A DNA stretch of 39,803 bases from the NCBI GenBank assembly GCA_003233615.1, contig QIMB01000477.1, forward strand, positions 1-39,803, read 5' to 3'. Shown here piece after piece: positions 17,566-27,265 of this stretch (position 1 is the first letter of the stretch; every line of letters begins with the position of its first letter). The position numbers were made by a program, and so were the translations under genes. The DNA is from Nitrospirota bacterium. GTDB lineage: Bacteria > Nitrospirota > Nitrospiria > Nitrospirales > UBA8639. Under the pieces are notes generated by a model that was not told where the DNA came from, did not search any database, and worked only from the letters and a program-made list of their open reading frames with translations.

Positions 17566-20500
17566 TTAAATTCTCCCGATAAAAGCCTTAAGCACTTTTA
17601 CTAACTCTTTGCCAATATAAGTTTGCATTGGTTGAGTAAATTGAAATTTGAGACGCAACATATTATCATAGATTTCAGCAAGAAGTTCAACATCACATTC
17701 TGTTGCGGGACGTGAAGAACGTTCTCGATTAACTGTGGTCACTGAATGTATTGCACGGCTGTTCTCCTGCCATACAGCTGAATCCCCAAGATAGTCTATT
17801 GCTATTTTCAATTGCTCAATACACATATCCTTTGGGTAGTACCTCTCACTCTCTAAGCTATTCAACAGCATGCCGTTCATTTTTGGCAGCACCTGTTCCA
17901 TCTTTGCTTCTTTATTCACTTCAACCTTAAACATAACAGGAAAGGAAAAACGTCCAACAGTTCGTTGCATATCGTTCTCACCTGCCTCACAGTGCCGGCC
18001 ATGTATACCAATAGCCATATAAACGTCCTTCTTCTTTCTTGCGTGAGTAACCGAACATGCCATCGCTGAAGCAAGTATCATCTCTATCAAGTAGTCATTG
18101 TTTCTGGCAAATACTAAAAGGCGATTGGTCTTTTGTACGGATAAATCAAACACTAATTCACTTGACTCAAAAGGAATAAAAACAGTTCGTCGATCCATCC
18201 TTGATTCTTTAGGTGCAACAAGCCTATGTTCTCGCGAAAATGCCAATTCAAAATCATCCAGAAGAATCTGCCATGAAACAAGGTCACATATCAAATAATG
18301 AGCCACTACCAGAAGCCAGAGTTCATCACAATTCATAAACAGAGTTGCGCGGAACAAAGGTCCATTGTTGCCTGGCGTGCGGTTACGTTCGTTTGCGATG
18401 GTCCGTCTAATCCACTCCTGCGGACCACCTGAAATATCGAGAATCGAGAATGGTACGGGAACACTGGATGGTAGGATTGCCTTCTGCCATCCAATCTCAT
18501 CTTCATGCCAATACTTGGCCCTTAAACTATCATACCTATTCCAGAGAGATTCAATAACCTCCTCAATGACGTTCGCTTTGATTTGTGGCGCAAGAGCCAA
18601 TAAGAATGCACTATCACACAGATGGGCATCTATATAGTCTTGAGCAAGAAACCATCGTTCTCCACGAGTCAATTGCGACGCGGCTTTTGGCCTGGCTATA
18701 GATGTGCAAGACACAACCAAATTTTCACAAGAATCCGATAGGTCCTGCAAGCTGGGATGAGCACAAACATCAGCTACTGTAACCTTGATTCCCTGTTTTT
18801 GCGCTATCGCGACAACACGAATGGCCTTGAGAGAGTCGCCACCAATGTCAAAAAAATTGGTATCATTTGGTACGAAATCCCGGCCAAGTACTTGACACCA
18901 TATTCTATGCAATATGCTCATATGATCTGATTGCTCCGGGAAAATGCCATGAGTCTTCGATAGCTCATTAGCGGAACCTCTAACCAACACCATTTTTTGA
19001 AGAGCAACACGATCCACTTTTCCTGACGGGGTTTTTGGTATCACTTCCGTTAGCAAAAAAGAAGAAGGAAGCATAGAAGCTGGCAATTGGACTTTAGCAT
19101 ATTCTCGTAAAATCTGAAAGTCAATGCAAGATTTATTGGATGCTTGTGTTACCAAAGCAACAAGAGCCCTGCCATCATTATCCGGAGCAACAGCCAAATC
19201 ACCAACTTCTGAACAGTTTCGCAGTATGGCCTCGACCTCTTCCACTTCAATACGAACCCCACGTATCTTAACCTGACTATCCAACCGGCCAAGGTACTCA
19301 ACATTACCATCGTGCCGCCATTTTCCAAGGTCCCCGGTCTTGTATAAACGGGTCCCTTTTTTATTAGCGAAGGAATCCGACATAAAGGACTCCGACGTGC
19401 GTTTGGGCTCATTAATATAACCAGGTCCCACACAAACTCCACCCACACAGATCTCTCCGATTGCTCCTACAGGTACAGGTTCATATTCGTCATCAAGAAT
19501 ATAGATTTTCGTATTCGGAAGCGGTCTACCGATTGGAATACTATCAATATTAGAAGATGGAGCCTCCGCAACAATGTATTGAAGCACATCATCAGAGCAC
19601 TCAGTGGGTCCATACATATTTACAATGGGTATTTCAGGGTATAAGGCAAGCCATCGTCGGCATGTCTCGACGGTAAGTTTTTCTCCCGTAGCAAGCATAT
19701 ACCTCAAATGTGACAGTTCTCTCCTATGATGGGCTAGATACCCCAGGAGCACATCTAAATACGATGGGACAATTTCAACTATGTCCACGTGATCTGTATC
19801 AAGCCGCTTCAATAAAACGGGGACATCCATCACCTGTTCATCGCTTACTATGACAACTGCGCCTCCTACTAAAAGAGGAGCAAGGCATTGCCAGATAGAG
19901 ATATCAAAACACACTGGAGCAGTGAATGCTATCCTACTGGAAGTATTCATGCCAAGTGTATGAATCTTTGCATATAGGTGATTGAGCATCCCTGCCTGAT
20001 GCACCATTGCTCCTTTGGGTTTACCTGTGGATCCAGATGTGTAAATAACGTAAGCAAGATCCATCGTCGGACGAGTAAATGTTTCCTGCGGGAAAAAATT
20101 GTCACTCAACTGGTCAATCACCGTCTTTGTAATTGTTCCTTCTACCGCAGGCTCTATCTGTATAGTAAAACGATCCAAATACTGCTCAGATGTAACAATA
20201 TGATTCACATGTGTTGATTGTATCATATTGGACAAGCGTGAGTCCGGCAGAGAAACGTCCAAGGGAAGGAAGGCCGCTCCACATGCTATAATAGATAGCA
20301 AAGCCTGAACATAGGATTCTGAACGATGACAAAACACACCAACAATGTCTCCGGTGACTATCCCATTGGCATGAAGCCGTGCAGCCAAGGTTTGAGAACG
20401 ATGGAGCAATTCCTGATATGTAGATGCTGATCCGTCCGATGCGATAATGGCTAGAGATGCACTGTTCTGGGCTACCTGCCGTTTGAAGAGATCCCAAAAA

Positions 20501-23500
20501 CTTTGCTTACCAAAACCGAAATCCAGCTCAGTCTGATTCCATTTCTCCAGCAGGGTATATCGTTCAATATCAGAGATAAGTGATAGCTGTGATATATGTG
20601 CTTCTGGTTTAGATACTACAGATTCGATGAGCTGGATATAGCACTGTGACAGATTCTTAATAGTGCGAGAATCGAACAATTCCGAATCATACTCCCATTT
20701 CCCTGCCAACCTTTTGTCGTCCAACTCCTCCAGTGTTAACTCAATGTCGAACTTGCACGTGCCATTGTGCACGGGCACAGGCTCAACGATTAGCCCTGGC
20801 ACTGCGACTTTGGGACGTGGAACACTCTGAAATGCAATCAATATATCAAAGAAGGGATTGCGTGAAGCGACTCTGAACGGATTAAGAGCATCGACAACCA
20901 TTGAAAACGGGAGTTGGTGATCATAGGCTTCTAGCACAGTGTTTCTTATTCTTTTAAGAGCTTCTACAAATGTTGGATTTCCCGAAAGATCGGTACGCAA
21001 TGGAACAGTATTAGTGAACAGGCCAACTACATCCTGAACCTCTGCATTTTCCCGACCTGCAATGTTGGTGCCTATGCAGATATCTGACTGTCGGGTGTGC
21101 CGGACGAGCAATATCTTGAGTGCTGCAGTAAGCACCATAAACGGGGTTGCCTTGTACTCTTGAGCAAGCGCTCTAACTAATTCATATCTCTTGGCTGTTA
21201 GGTTGAAGGGCACGATAGAACCCCTATACGCCCTCTGTTGCAGACGGGGACGATCATAAGGAAGATCGAGGTTTTGGCAACCCCGCAGCCTAGACTTCCA
21301 GTAATTCACCCTGGATTGAGCCAATTTAGAGACCAACCACTTTTGCTGATTTCTGGCGTAATCGCCAAAAATCATCGGCAACGGTGGCAAGGCAGGCTCC
21401 CCATTCTTCACGCGTGCAGCATAAAACTCTAGTATATCCCTTAGCACTATTTGTGCAGACCACTCATCCGAAATAATGTGGTGAGAAATAACTGAAATTA
21501 GGCAAACGGTTTCTGTTATGCGGATTACCTTAACAGATAGCAGAGGTGGATTCATTAGGTCAATGACCATCTTGCCATGTTCTGTCAAGTGATCCAAGGC
21601 AGATATCTCATCCCAAGTACCATCTACCAGTTCCCAAGGTACGGGATCACATTCCGTGAGCACTTCCTGATAGACTTGCCCATTTATCTCGCAAAACCGA
21701 GTTCGGAATACATCCTGTCTCTGTATGAGATCTGACAATGCTTGATGTAGGGCTTCAACGTCAACTACTCCGCTGAGACGGAAAACTGCCTGGACAGTAT
21801 AAGCTGGCGATTCTGGATTTATCGTCCGTATAATCCACAGGCTTTGCTGTCCTGGCGTCAGAGGAAACTGTATTTCTTTATCACATTCTTTGGATTGCAC
21901 CACAGTCTTCACGAGATCAGAAAAACTTGAAGCGTTAAGTATATATGTTATCGATATATTAACTCCAAACGCATTCTTGATTTTAACTGATAACTGCGTA
22001 GCCTTTAGCGAATCTCCCCCGACCTCAATGAATTGATCTGATGGATTTGGCCTTCTACCTATGACCTGTTTCCATAAATCTTCGAGCACAGTATATGGCT
22101 TTCGGGTATCTAATGACACGGACGCACGAAGAGAGGGAACTGACGTCGCAATAACTGGCGGAAACCAGACTCGCGTGCGACGGAAAGAACAGGCCTTAAA
22201 ATCAGATCTTGAATGGGAGCTTAATACATGTGATAATAATGGCGTCTCTTCAAGCACCACATGGCAATTTGTCCCTCCTATGCCAAAAGAACTGACTGCG
22301 GCCCTCCGAGAGCTATATAAAAGAGGGAAAGCTGCCCTACGGTTGGCAATCCTTAAAGGACTCCTCGCAAAATCGATCTCTGGATTAGCTGAAGAGAACC
22401 CTAGGGTTGGATAGATTTCACCATACTTAACAGAGAGAATAGCCTTAATAAGGCTAGCTACACCAGCAGCACTCTCGAGATGGCCAAAATTGGACTTAAC
22501 TGAGCCGATATAGCAAAGCGACCTTGCAGAAGACGCTGCTTCAAAAGCCATGCTTAGGGCTCGATGTTCCATAGGATCTCCCATCTTGGTACCCGTACCA
22601 TGCGTCTCAACGTATCCAATAGTAGACGGATCAATCCTAGCAACAGAAAGAGCTTCTGAAATGACTGCCGCTTGGCCTTCAATACTAGGGGCAGTGTATG
22701 CAACCTTCTGGCTTCCATCGTTATTAACAGCAGAGCCCTTGATCACCGCCCAAATGGGAACCTGTTCGGAGATAGCATCAGCCAGCCTCCTTAACACAAC
22801 AACACCCACACCACTAGAAAGAACAGTGCCATCCGCACGCTTATCAAATGGTCTACATATACCTGTTTGAGACAATATGCCACCGTCACGATAAAGATAG
22901 CCACGGGTTTGAGGACCACGTATTGATATTCCACCAGCCAAAGCTACATCGCAGTCACCTGCTATTAGTGCCTGCAGAGCCAGATGCACTGCGACAAGCG
23001 AGGTTGAACAGGCGGTCTGAACACCAATGCTTGGACCGCACAGGCCAAGCTTATGAGAGATGTATGTTGTTAAAAAATGGCTGTCGTTGCCCAACAGTTC
23101 ACGCCAACATCCAACAGGATCCCAAAGTGCATCATCAGGGATCCGTCGGAGCGCAAAATAGCTTAGATCTGCGCCGGCAAACACACCGATACGCGATTTT
23201 TTTGTCTCTGGTAAACAACCAGCCATTTGAAGCGCTTCATAAGAACACTCCATAAAATGATAGTGCTGAGGATCCATCATTCCCGCCTCAGAAGATGTAA
23301 TGTGGAAAAACTCCGTATCAAACTCATCAATCCCCTTAAGCGGAGCCGCTACTTTTACATAATGTGGATCAGCAGCAACCGAAGAAGGCACTCCAGTAGC
23401 GATAATCTCGTCCAAGGACAGATCTCTAAATGCAGATTTCCCATGGCTAAGCATATTGTGGTATGCAGAAATAGATCGTGCTTCCGGAAACCTGCAACTG

Positions 23501-23541
23501 AGCCCTGTAATTGCGATATCTGTTATTGAAACATCTGACAT
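17566..23541 (-). CDS. Hybrid PKS-NRPS: KS-ACP-C-A-PCP-C/E* (no AT, no TE)
   Basis: KS VQTACSTS, ETHGTGT, KSNFGH; ACP GGDSL; C HHIISDEWS; A YTSGSTGKPKG, YGPTE, YKTGD, PKTPSGKVDR; PCP FFDIGGDSL; degenerate terminal HYLICDLVSW. Confidence 0.93.
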   Translation of the reverse strand: MSDVSITDIAITGLSCRFPEARSISAYHNMLSHGKSAFRDLSLDEIIATGVPSSVAADPHYVKVAAPLKGIDEFDTEFFHITSSEAGMMDPQHYHFMECSYEALQMAGCLPETKKSRIGVFAGADLSYFALRRIPDDALWDPVGCWRELLGNDSHFLTTYISHKLGLCGPSIGVQTACSTSLVAVHLALQALIAGDCDVALAGGISIRGPQTRGYLYRDGGILSQTGICRPFDKRADGTVLSSGVGVVVLRRLADAISEQVPIWAVIKGSAVNNDGSQKVAYTAPSIEGQAAVISEALSVARIDPSTIGYVETHGTGTKMGDPMEHRALSMAFEAASSARSLCYIGSVKSNFGHLESAAGVASLIKAILSVKYGEIYPTLGFSSANPEIDFARSPLRIANRRAAFPLLYSSRRAAVSSFGIGGTNCHVVLEETPLLSHVLSSHSRSDFKACSFRRTRVWFPPVIATSVPSLRASVSLDTRKPYTVLEDLWKQVIGRRPNPSDQFIEVGGDSLKATQLSVKIKNAFGVNISITYILNASSFSDLVKTVVQSKECDKEIQFPLTPGQQSLWIIRTINPESPAYTVQAVFRLSGVVDVEALHQALSDLIQRQDVFRTRFCEINGQVYQEVLTECDPVPWELVDGTWDEISALDHLTEHGKMVIDLMNPPLLSVKVIRITETVCLISVISHHIISDEWSAQIVLRDILEFYAARVKNGEPALPPLPMIFGDYARNQQKWLVSKLAQSRVNYWKSRLRGCQNLDLPYDRPRLQQRAYRGSIVPFNLTAKRYELVRALAQEYKATPFMVLTAALKILLVRHTRQSDICIGTNIAGRENAEVQDVVGLFTNTVPLRTDLSGNPTFVEALKRIRNTVLEAYDHQLPFSMVVDALNPFRVASRNPFFDILIAFQSVPRPKVAVPGLIVEPVPVHNGTCKFDIELTLEELDDKRLAGKWEYDSELFDSRTIKNLSQCYIQLIESVVSKPEAHISQLSLISDIERYTLLEKWNQTELDFGFGKQSFWDLFKRQVAQNSASLAIIASDGSASTYQELLHRSQTLAARLHANGIVTGDIVGVFCHRSESYVQALLSIIACGAAFLPLDVSLPDSRLSNMIQSTHVNHIVTSEQYLDRFTIQIEPAVEGTITKTVIDQLSDNFFPQETFTRPTMDLAYVIYTSGSTGKPKGAMVHQAGMLNHLYAKIHTLGMNTSSRIAFTAPVCFDISIWQCLAPLLVGGAVVIVSDEQVMDVPVLLKRLDTDHVDIVEIVPSYLDVLLGYLAHHRRELSHLRYMLATGEKLTVETCRRWLALYPEIPIVNMYGPTECSDDVLQYIVAEAPSSNIDSIPIGRPLPNTKIYILDDEYEPVPVGAIGEICVGGVCVGPGYINEPKRTSESFMSDSFANKKGTRLYKTGDLGKWRHDGNVEYLGRLDSQVKIRGVRIEVEEVEAILRNCSEVGDLAVAPDNDGRALVALVTQASNKSCIDFQILREYAKVQLPASMLPSSFLLTEVIPKTPSGKVDRVALQKMVLVRGSANELSKTHGIFPEQSDHMSILHRIWCQVLGRDFVPNDTNFFDIGGDSLKAIRVVAIAQKQGIKVTVADVCAHPSLQDLSDSCENLVVSCTSIARPKAASQLTRGERWFLAQDYIDAHLCDSAFLLALAPQIKANVIEEVIESLWNRYDSLRAKYWHEDEIGWQKAILPSSVPVPFSILDISGGPQEWIRRTIANERNRTPGNNGPLFRATLFMNCDELWLLVVAHYLICDLVSWQILLDDFELAFSREHRLVAPKESRMDRRTVFIPFESSELVFDLSVQKTNRLLVFARNNDYLIEMILASAMACSVTHARKKKDVYMAIGIHGRHCEAGENDMQRTVGRFSFPVMFKVEVNKEAKMEQVLPKMNGMLLNSLESERYYPKDMCIEQLKIAIDYLGDSAVWQENSRAIHSVTTVNRERSSRPATECDVELLAEIYDNMLRLKFQFTQPMQTYIGKELVKVLKAFIGRI

Positions 23542-23550
23542 TATATTACT

Positions 23551-25518
23551 CTATGCCTCGTGATTTAGAGGATCTCTTAAAGACTTAAGCACTGCTGGAT
23601 TTCGCATTGTCCCCATTGGACCTGAAGGGATAGAGATAGAACGCTCTGCAAGTTCCTCTTGAATCTTTTGAGAAAGCGAACGAATCGTTGGGTAATGCAA
23701 TAAATCTGGTATACTCACAACACGCTGATAAACAGAAGGAAATCTAGCATAGAGGCGTACAAGTAGGAGGCTATTGCCACCAGCAGCGAAAAATCCTTCA
23801 TCAATACCAAAGCCTTCGTGTCCAAGCACTTCAGCCCAAACTTGGTAGATATCGTGCGCAACACTTCCAAGCAAGGGCTTTTCGACACACTTGGTGCTAC
23901 GAACAGGAAGCGACATACGAAGTAGTTTGGCACGATCAGTTTTGTTGTGGGCTGTTACCGGGAAAGAATCCAGTCTAACACATCGAGTCGGGATCATATA
24001 GCTTGGGAGGGCTCCTTCTAAATGATCGAGAACAGCCTTCTCATCTGGATCATCTTCATATACAGTGTAGAATGCAATCAGGGTTCTATTCTCTCCCTCC
24101 CCATGAATCACAACGGCAACTTGCTTTACACAGGGGTGATCGAGCAACGCACGCTCTACTTCTCCTAGTTCTATGCGCATGCCCCTAATCTTGACTTGGT
24201 GATCTTTCCTGCCAAGATACGCAATCTGACCATCGTACCTGACTGAACCGTAGTCCCCGGTCCGGTAAAACGTTCTACCAGTTTGTGAATGTGATATCAA
24301 AGCCTGTGATGTAAGTTCCGGTTTCTCCCAGTAAGAGTTCATTAGGCTCCTACCGCCAATACAAATCTCACCAACCTGATCTGGTTCAAGTGTTTCGTTG
24401 TTCTCTCCCATAATAACGACTTCTGCATTAGTGATCGGTTTGCCAATTGGAATTCTACGCATCCCCCACACTGGAGCAGTTTTCATGAAATAGCACGTCG
24501 CATAGATAGCTGATTCGGTCATGCCATAAGAATTGGCATAGCCAATGTTCGGGAACACATTAAACCATCGATCTACGAGGCTCCTTGGCAACTCCTCGCC
24601 ACCATTCAAAATCCAACGTAAGCTCGGTAATGCAGGAGATGGAATCTCCCGACAGACGCCATCGAGGAATGTTGAAAGTGCTGATGGCACAAATTGTGTA
24701 ACCACTGCCTTGTTTTCGTTGAGTTCGTGATATAACGCAATTGGATTTATGACAGTCTCGTCATCAATAAAGACTACTCTTCCGCCAACCAATAGAGGCA
24801 AAAACATCTCCCATAGAGAGTCCGTAAATCCCCACGGAGTTTTCTGAGGAATACTTTCACCAGCACGTACATCAAATGCTCCGATCATCCATATTAGTGT
24901 ATTCATTAATGCTGAGTGAGGAACAACCACACCTTTGGGTCTTCCAGTCGAGCCAGAAGTATATAAGATATAGGCGGCACGGCTTGTATTCCCATCCGAT
25001 AGAGCTGATTTGCGAGTTTGATAATCAAGCAATTTGTTTTCACATTTTAAGATGTCTTGAATAATAAGAGCATTGACTCTTTTGGGGCATTTATCTAAGT
25101 ACGATTGATCAACAATAGCAAGATGGCTCGCACTGTCTTTTGCGATGTAGTCAATTCTTGCAGTTGGATAATTAGGAGAGATAGGAACATAGACACCTCC
25201 TATCATAAGAACTCCCAACACTGCAGAAAGACTACATCCATTCCGCGGGCATAGTATAATCACGCGGTCACCAGTCTTTACATTAGCCTGAAGGAGATAT
25301 TCAGATACAACCATAGCGTTTGCTAAAAGTTTGGCATAGGTTAAGGTGCCATTTTTGTCATCAATTGCTACATTGTTAGATTTGATGCTTGCTATTGCAC
25401 AAATTACCCAATCCACCGTAGAATTTGTTGAAACAGACCTCAGTTGCTGTAATTCTGTTTCGTTCTTATTCGATTTTTCAGAGCAACTATCCATATTAGC
25501 CTTAACATGAGGAAGCAA
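23551..25518 (-). CDS. Stand-alone NRPS adenylation-PCP loading module
   Basis: YTSGSTGRPKG, YGMTE, YRTGD, QVKIRGMRIELGEVE, LPSYMIP, NKTDR; PCP FFAAGGNSL. Confidence 0.92.
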   Translation of the reverse strand: MLPHVKANMDSCSEKSNKNETELQQLRSVSTNSTVDWVICAIASIKSNNVAIDDKNGTLTYAKLLANAMVVSEYLLQANVKTGDRVIILCPRNGCSLSAVLGVLMIGGVYVPISPNYPTARIDYIAKDSASHLAIVDQSYLDKCPKRVNALIIQDILKCENKLLDYQTRKSALSDGNTSRAAYILYTSGSTGRPKGVVVPHSALMNTLIWMIGAFDVRAGESIPQKTPWGFTDSLWEMFLPLLVGGRVVFIDDETVINPIALYHELNENKAVVTQFVPSALSTFLDGVCREIPSPALPSLRWILNGGEELPRSLVDRWFNVFPNIGYANSYGMTESAIYATCYFMKTAPVWGMRRIPIGKPITNAEVVIMGENNETLEPDQVGEICIGGRSLMNSYWEKPELTSQALISHSQTGRTFYRTGDYGSVRYDGQIAYLGRKDHQVKIRGMRIELGEVERALLDHPCVKQVAVVIHGEGENRTLIAFYTVYEDDPDEKAVLDHLEGALPSYMIPTRCVRLDSFPVTAHNKTDRAKLLRMSLPVRSTKCVEKPLLGSVAHDIYQVWAEVLGHEGFGIDEGFFAAGGNSLLLVRLYARFPSVYQRVVSIPDLLHYPTIRSLSQKIQEELAERSISIPSGPMGTMRNPAVLKSLRDPLNHEA

Positions 25519-25534
25519 GTGTTACTTGTTCCTA

Positions 25535-26527
25535 TTAAACACATGTCACTTTATTCATTGAGTTTTTTACTATCGGTGAAGCTAAAATCTCACCGGTTGA
25601 TGCCCTCATAACCACACGTTGTACTGTAATCGGTTGACAGAAAGGGGGTAATGCTAAAAGCGAGAAGCACGCTTTCATACTTCTTGGAATCTCGAGCGAT
25701 AATTGTTTTAAAACCTCTTTATACCGTCCACGTGAATTTCTTCCAACAGGTTCCTGTCCAGTTGGTATGTAACCTGGCTTATTAGACCCAGCTTCGAGCA
25801 AGCAATAGTGGTTTGTAATTAAGTGAACTTTTCTATCAGTGCGACAAACAATACTCCGAAGTGGTGTTCGCTCAATAACTGCGATTTCTCCCTGATGAAC
25901 TCCACTAACAAGAAGAAGACAGTTACAAGAAATTTTTGCCTCAGCAAGAAATATCACAGCATCATCAAATTTCTCAATCTCAGTCAATGCCTTCCGTAGA
26001 AGAAATGCCACTGGCTCACCTAAGCTGCCTTCGTCTTCCGACCATACAGCATTCAATGTCACTGCAAAACGGCTCGGAGCAATACCAACGAATACTCCCA
26101 GAAATCCCGGCCACCCCACAGATAAGAATTTTGTTGATTCGCCTTGGGATATAAACCTAAAGAGATGCGAATGATCACGTAAAACATTAAATCCAGAATC
26201 CCAGTCAAGACAGTGAGCATGTATCGGTCCTTTGGGACTATTAACAGCAAAAGCAGTACAAGCAGGATATTGCATTGACAAATCGTAATAGACGTTTGCA
26301 GCAAAAACTGCCATGGGATCAACGATAGCAATGTCAGCAACACGTGTGCTTTCTTCCCAGATATTAGGAAATGCTTGCCTGAGAGCAACTAGTAAGAACC
26401 GAGCCTCTTCATACTCTGCCCACTTTGAGAATTCAGTTATAATACGCCTCACCCCATTGGAATATGGACGTAGAGGTGCCCAATCACATGATCCATGGAA
26501 GTCAATTGGAAGAGAGATTTCATTCAT
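25535..26527 (-). CDS. Ntn-hydrolase of the C45 / acid ceramidase / isopenicillin-N acyltransferase type
   Basis: ANVYYD..ACTAFAV..GPIHAHCLDW (Cys90 putative nucleophile), SVGWPGFLG, FAVTLN, FLLRKAL, VIER, TNHY. Confidence 0.75.
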   Translation of the reverse strand: MNEISLPIDFHGSCDWAPLRPYSNGVRRIITEFSKWAEYEEARFLLVALRQAFPNIWEESTRVADIAIVDPMAVFAANVYYDLSMQYPACTAFAVNSPKGPIHAHCLDWDSGFNVLRDHSHLFRFISQGESTKFLSVGWPGFLGVFVGIAPSRFAVTLNAVWSEDEGSLGEPVAFLLRKALTEIEKFDDAVIFLAEAKISCNCLLLVSGVHQGEIAVIERTPLRSIVCRTDRKVHLITNHYCLLEAGSNKPGYIPTGQEPVGRNSRGRYKEVLKQLSLEIPRSMKACFSLLALPPFCQPITVQRVVMRASTGEILASPIVKNSMNKVTCV

Positions 26528-26825
26528 GAAGCCCCCAGCACTTTAATCTTACACATAAAAAAAAGTAAAAACCTTTCCTTATATGATCCTGATATATCTT
26601 AGAGGCTTAACTGACAAGGTGATGCTTTAATTTCAGTAATCCGTTTCTGATTATTTTTCTATCTTCTTTTTCGATTTGCAGTAATTTTCTGCGATTTTTG
26701 TAGGGAAAATCAGTTGCAGAGAACTCAATTAATTTTATTCCGTGCTTGGGCAATATGTCTCTCCGTCTTTGACCGTAGATGGCATTGCCCCTCTAAATTG
26801 TACCAGTTCATAATTTATAATGGAA

Positions 26826-27157
26826 CCCTACTGTCCGGTTATAACTAAAAGAGTAACAATTGCTTAAGAGAATCGTCTGTTTCCTTTGTGTAATCGGATT
26901 CTGTAAGTATTTGCAAAATAGGGAGTTTCTCAAAAACCGTTACACTTAAAATCTGTAATATTGTGTAGAGATTTGATTCTATCTTTAACAAAGACATGCC
27001 AGAATTCCCCGTGTGGAAGCGCGGAGATATTTACTTGTTTTTTGATAATTGCGATTAGCACATATATAGAGATTGCTATCCATATCTGAGTCTTTACTGC
27101 ACTTTCTGATGTTCCGTAAAATGCTTTTATTCTCAAATGCTGCTTTATCCATTGAGC
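26826..27157 (-). mobile_element. IS4-family remnant (transposase C-terminus and probable right end)
   Basis: WIKQHLRIKAFYGTSESAVKTQIWIAISIYVLIAIIKK continues after a 46-bp insert as LKIESNLYTILQILSVTVFEKLPILQIL...QLLLF*; IR-like TAACCGGACAGTAG ending near 26828. Confidence 0.85.
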
Positions 27158-27265
27158 ATCTAATTCCGGGGACATGATACATAATTATCTAAGAGTTAAG
27201 TAGCATATCCCCCCGAATTTGCTGTAAACTATATGAAAAACAAACAAGGTAATGGTCACCAGGGG

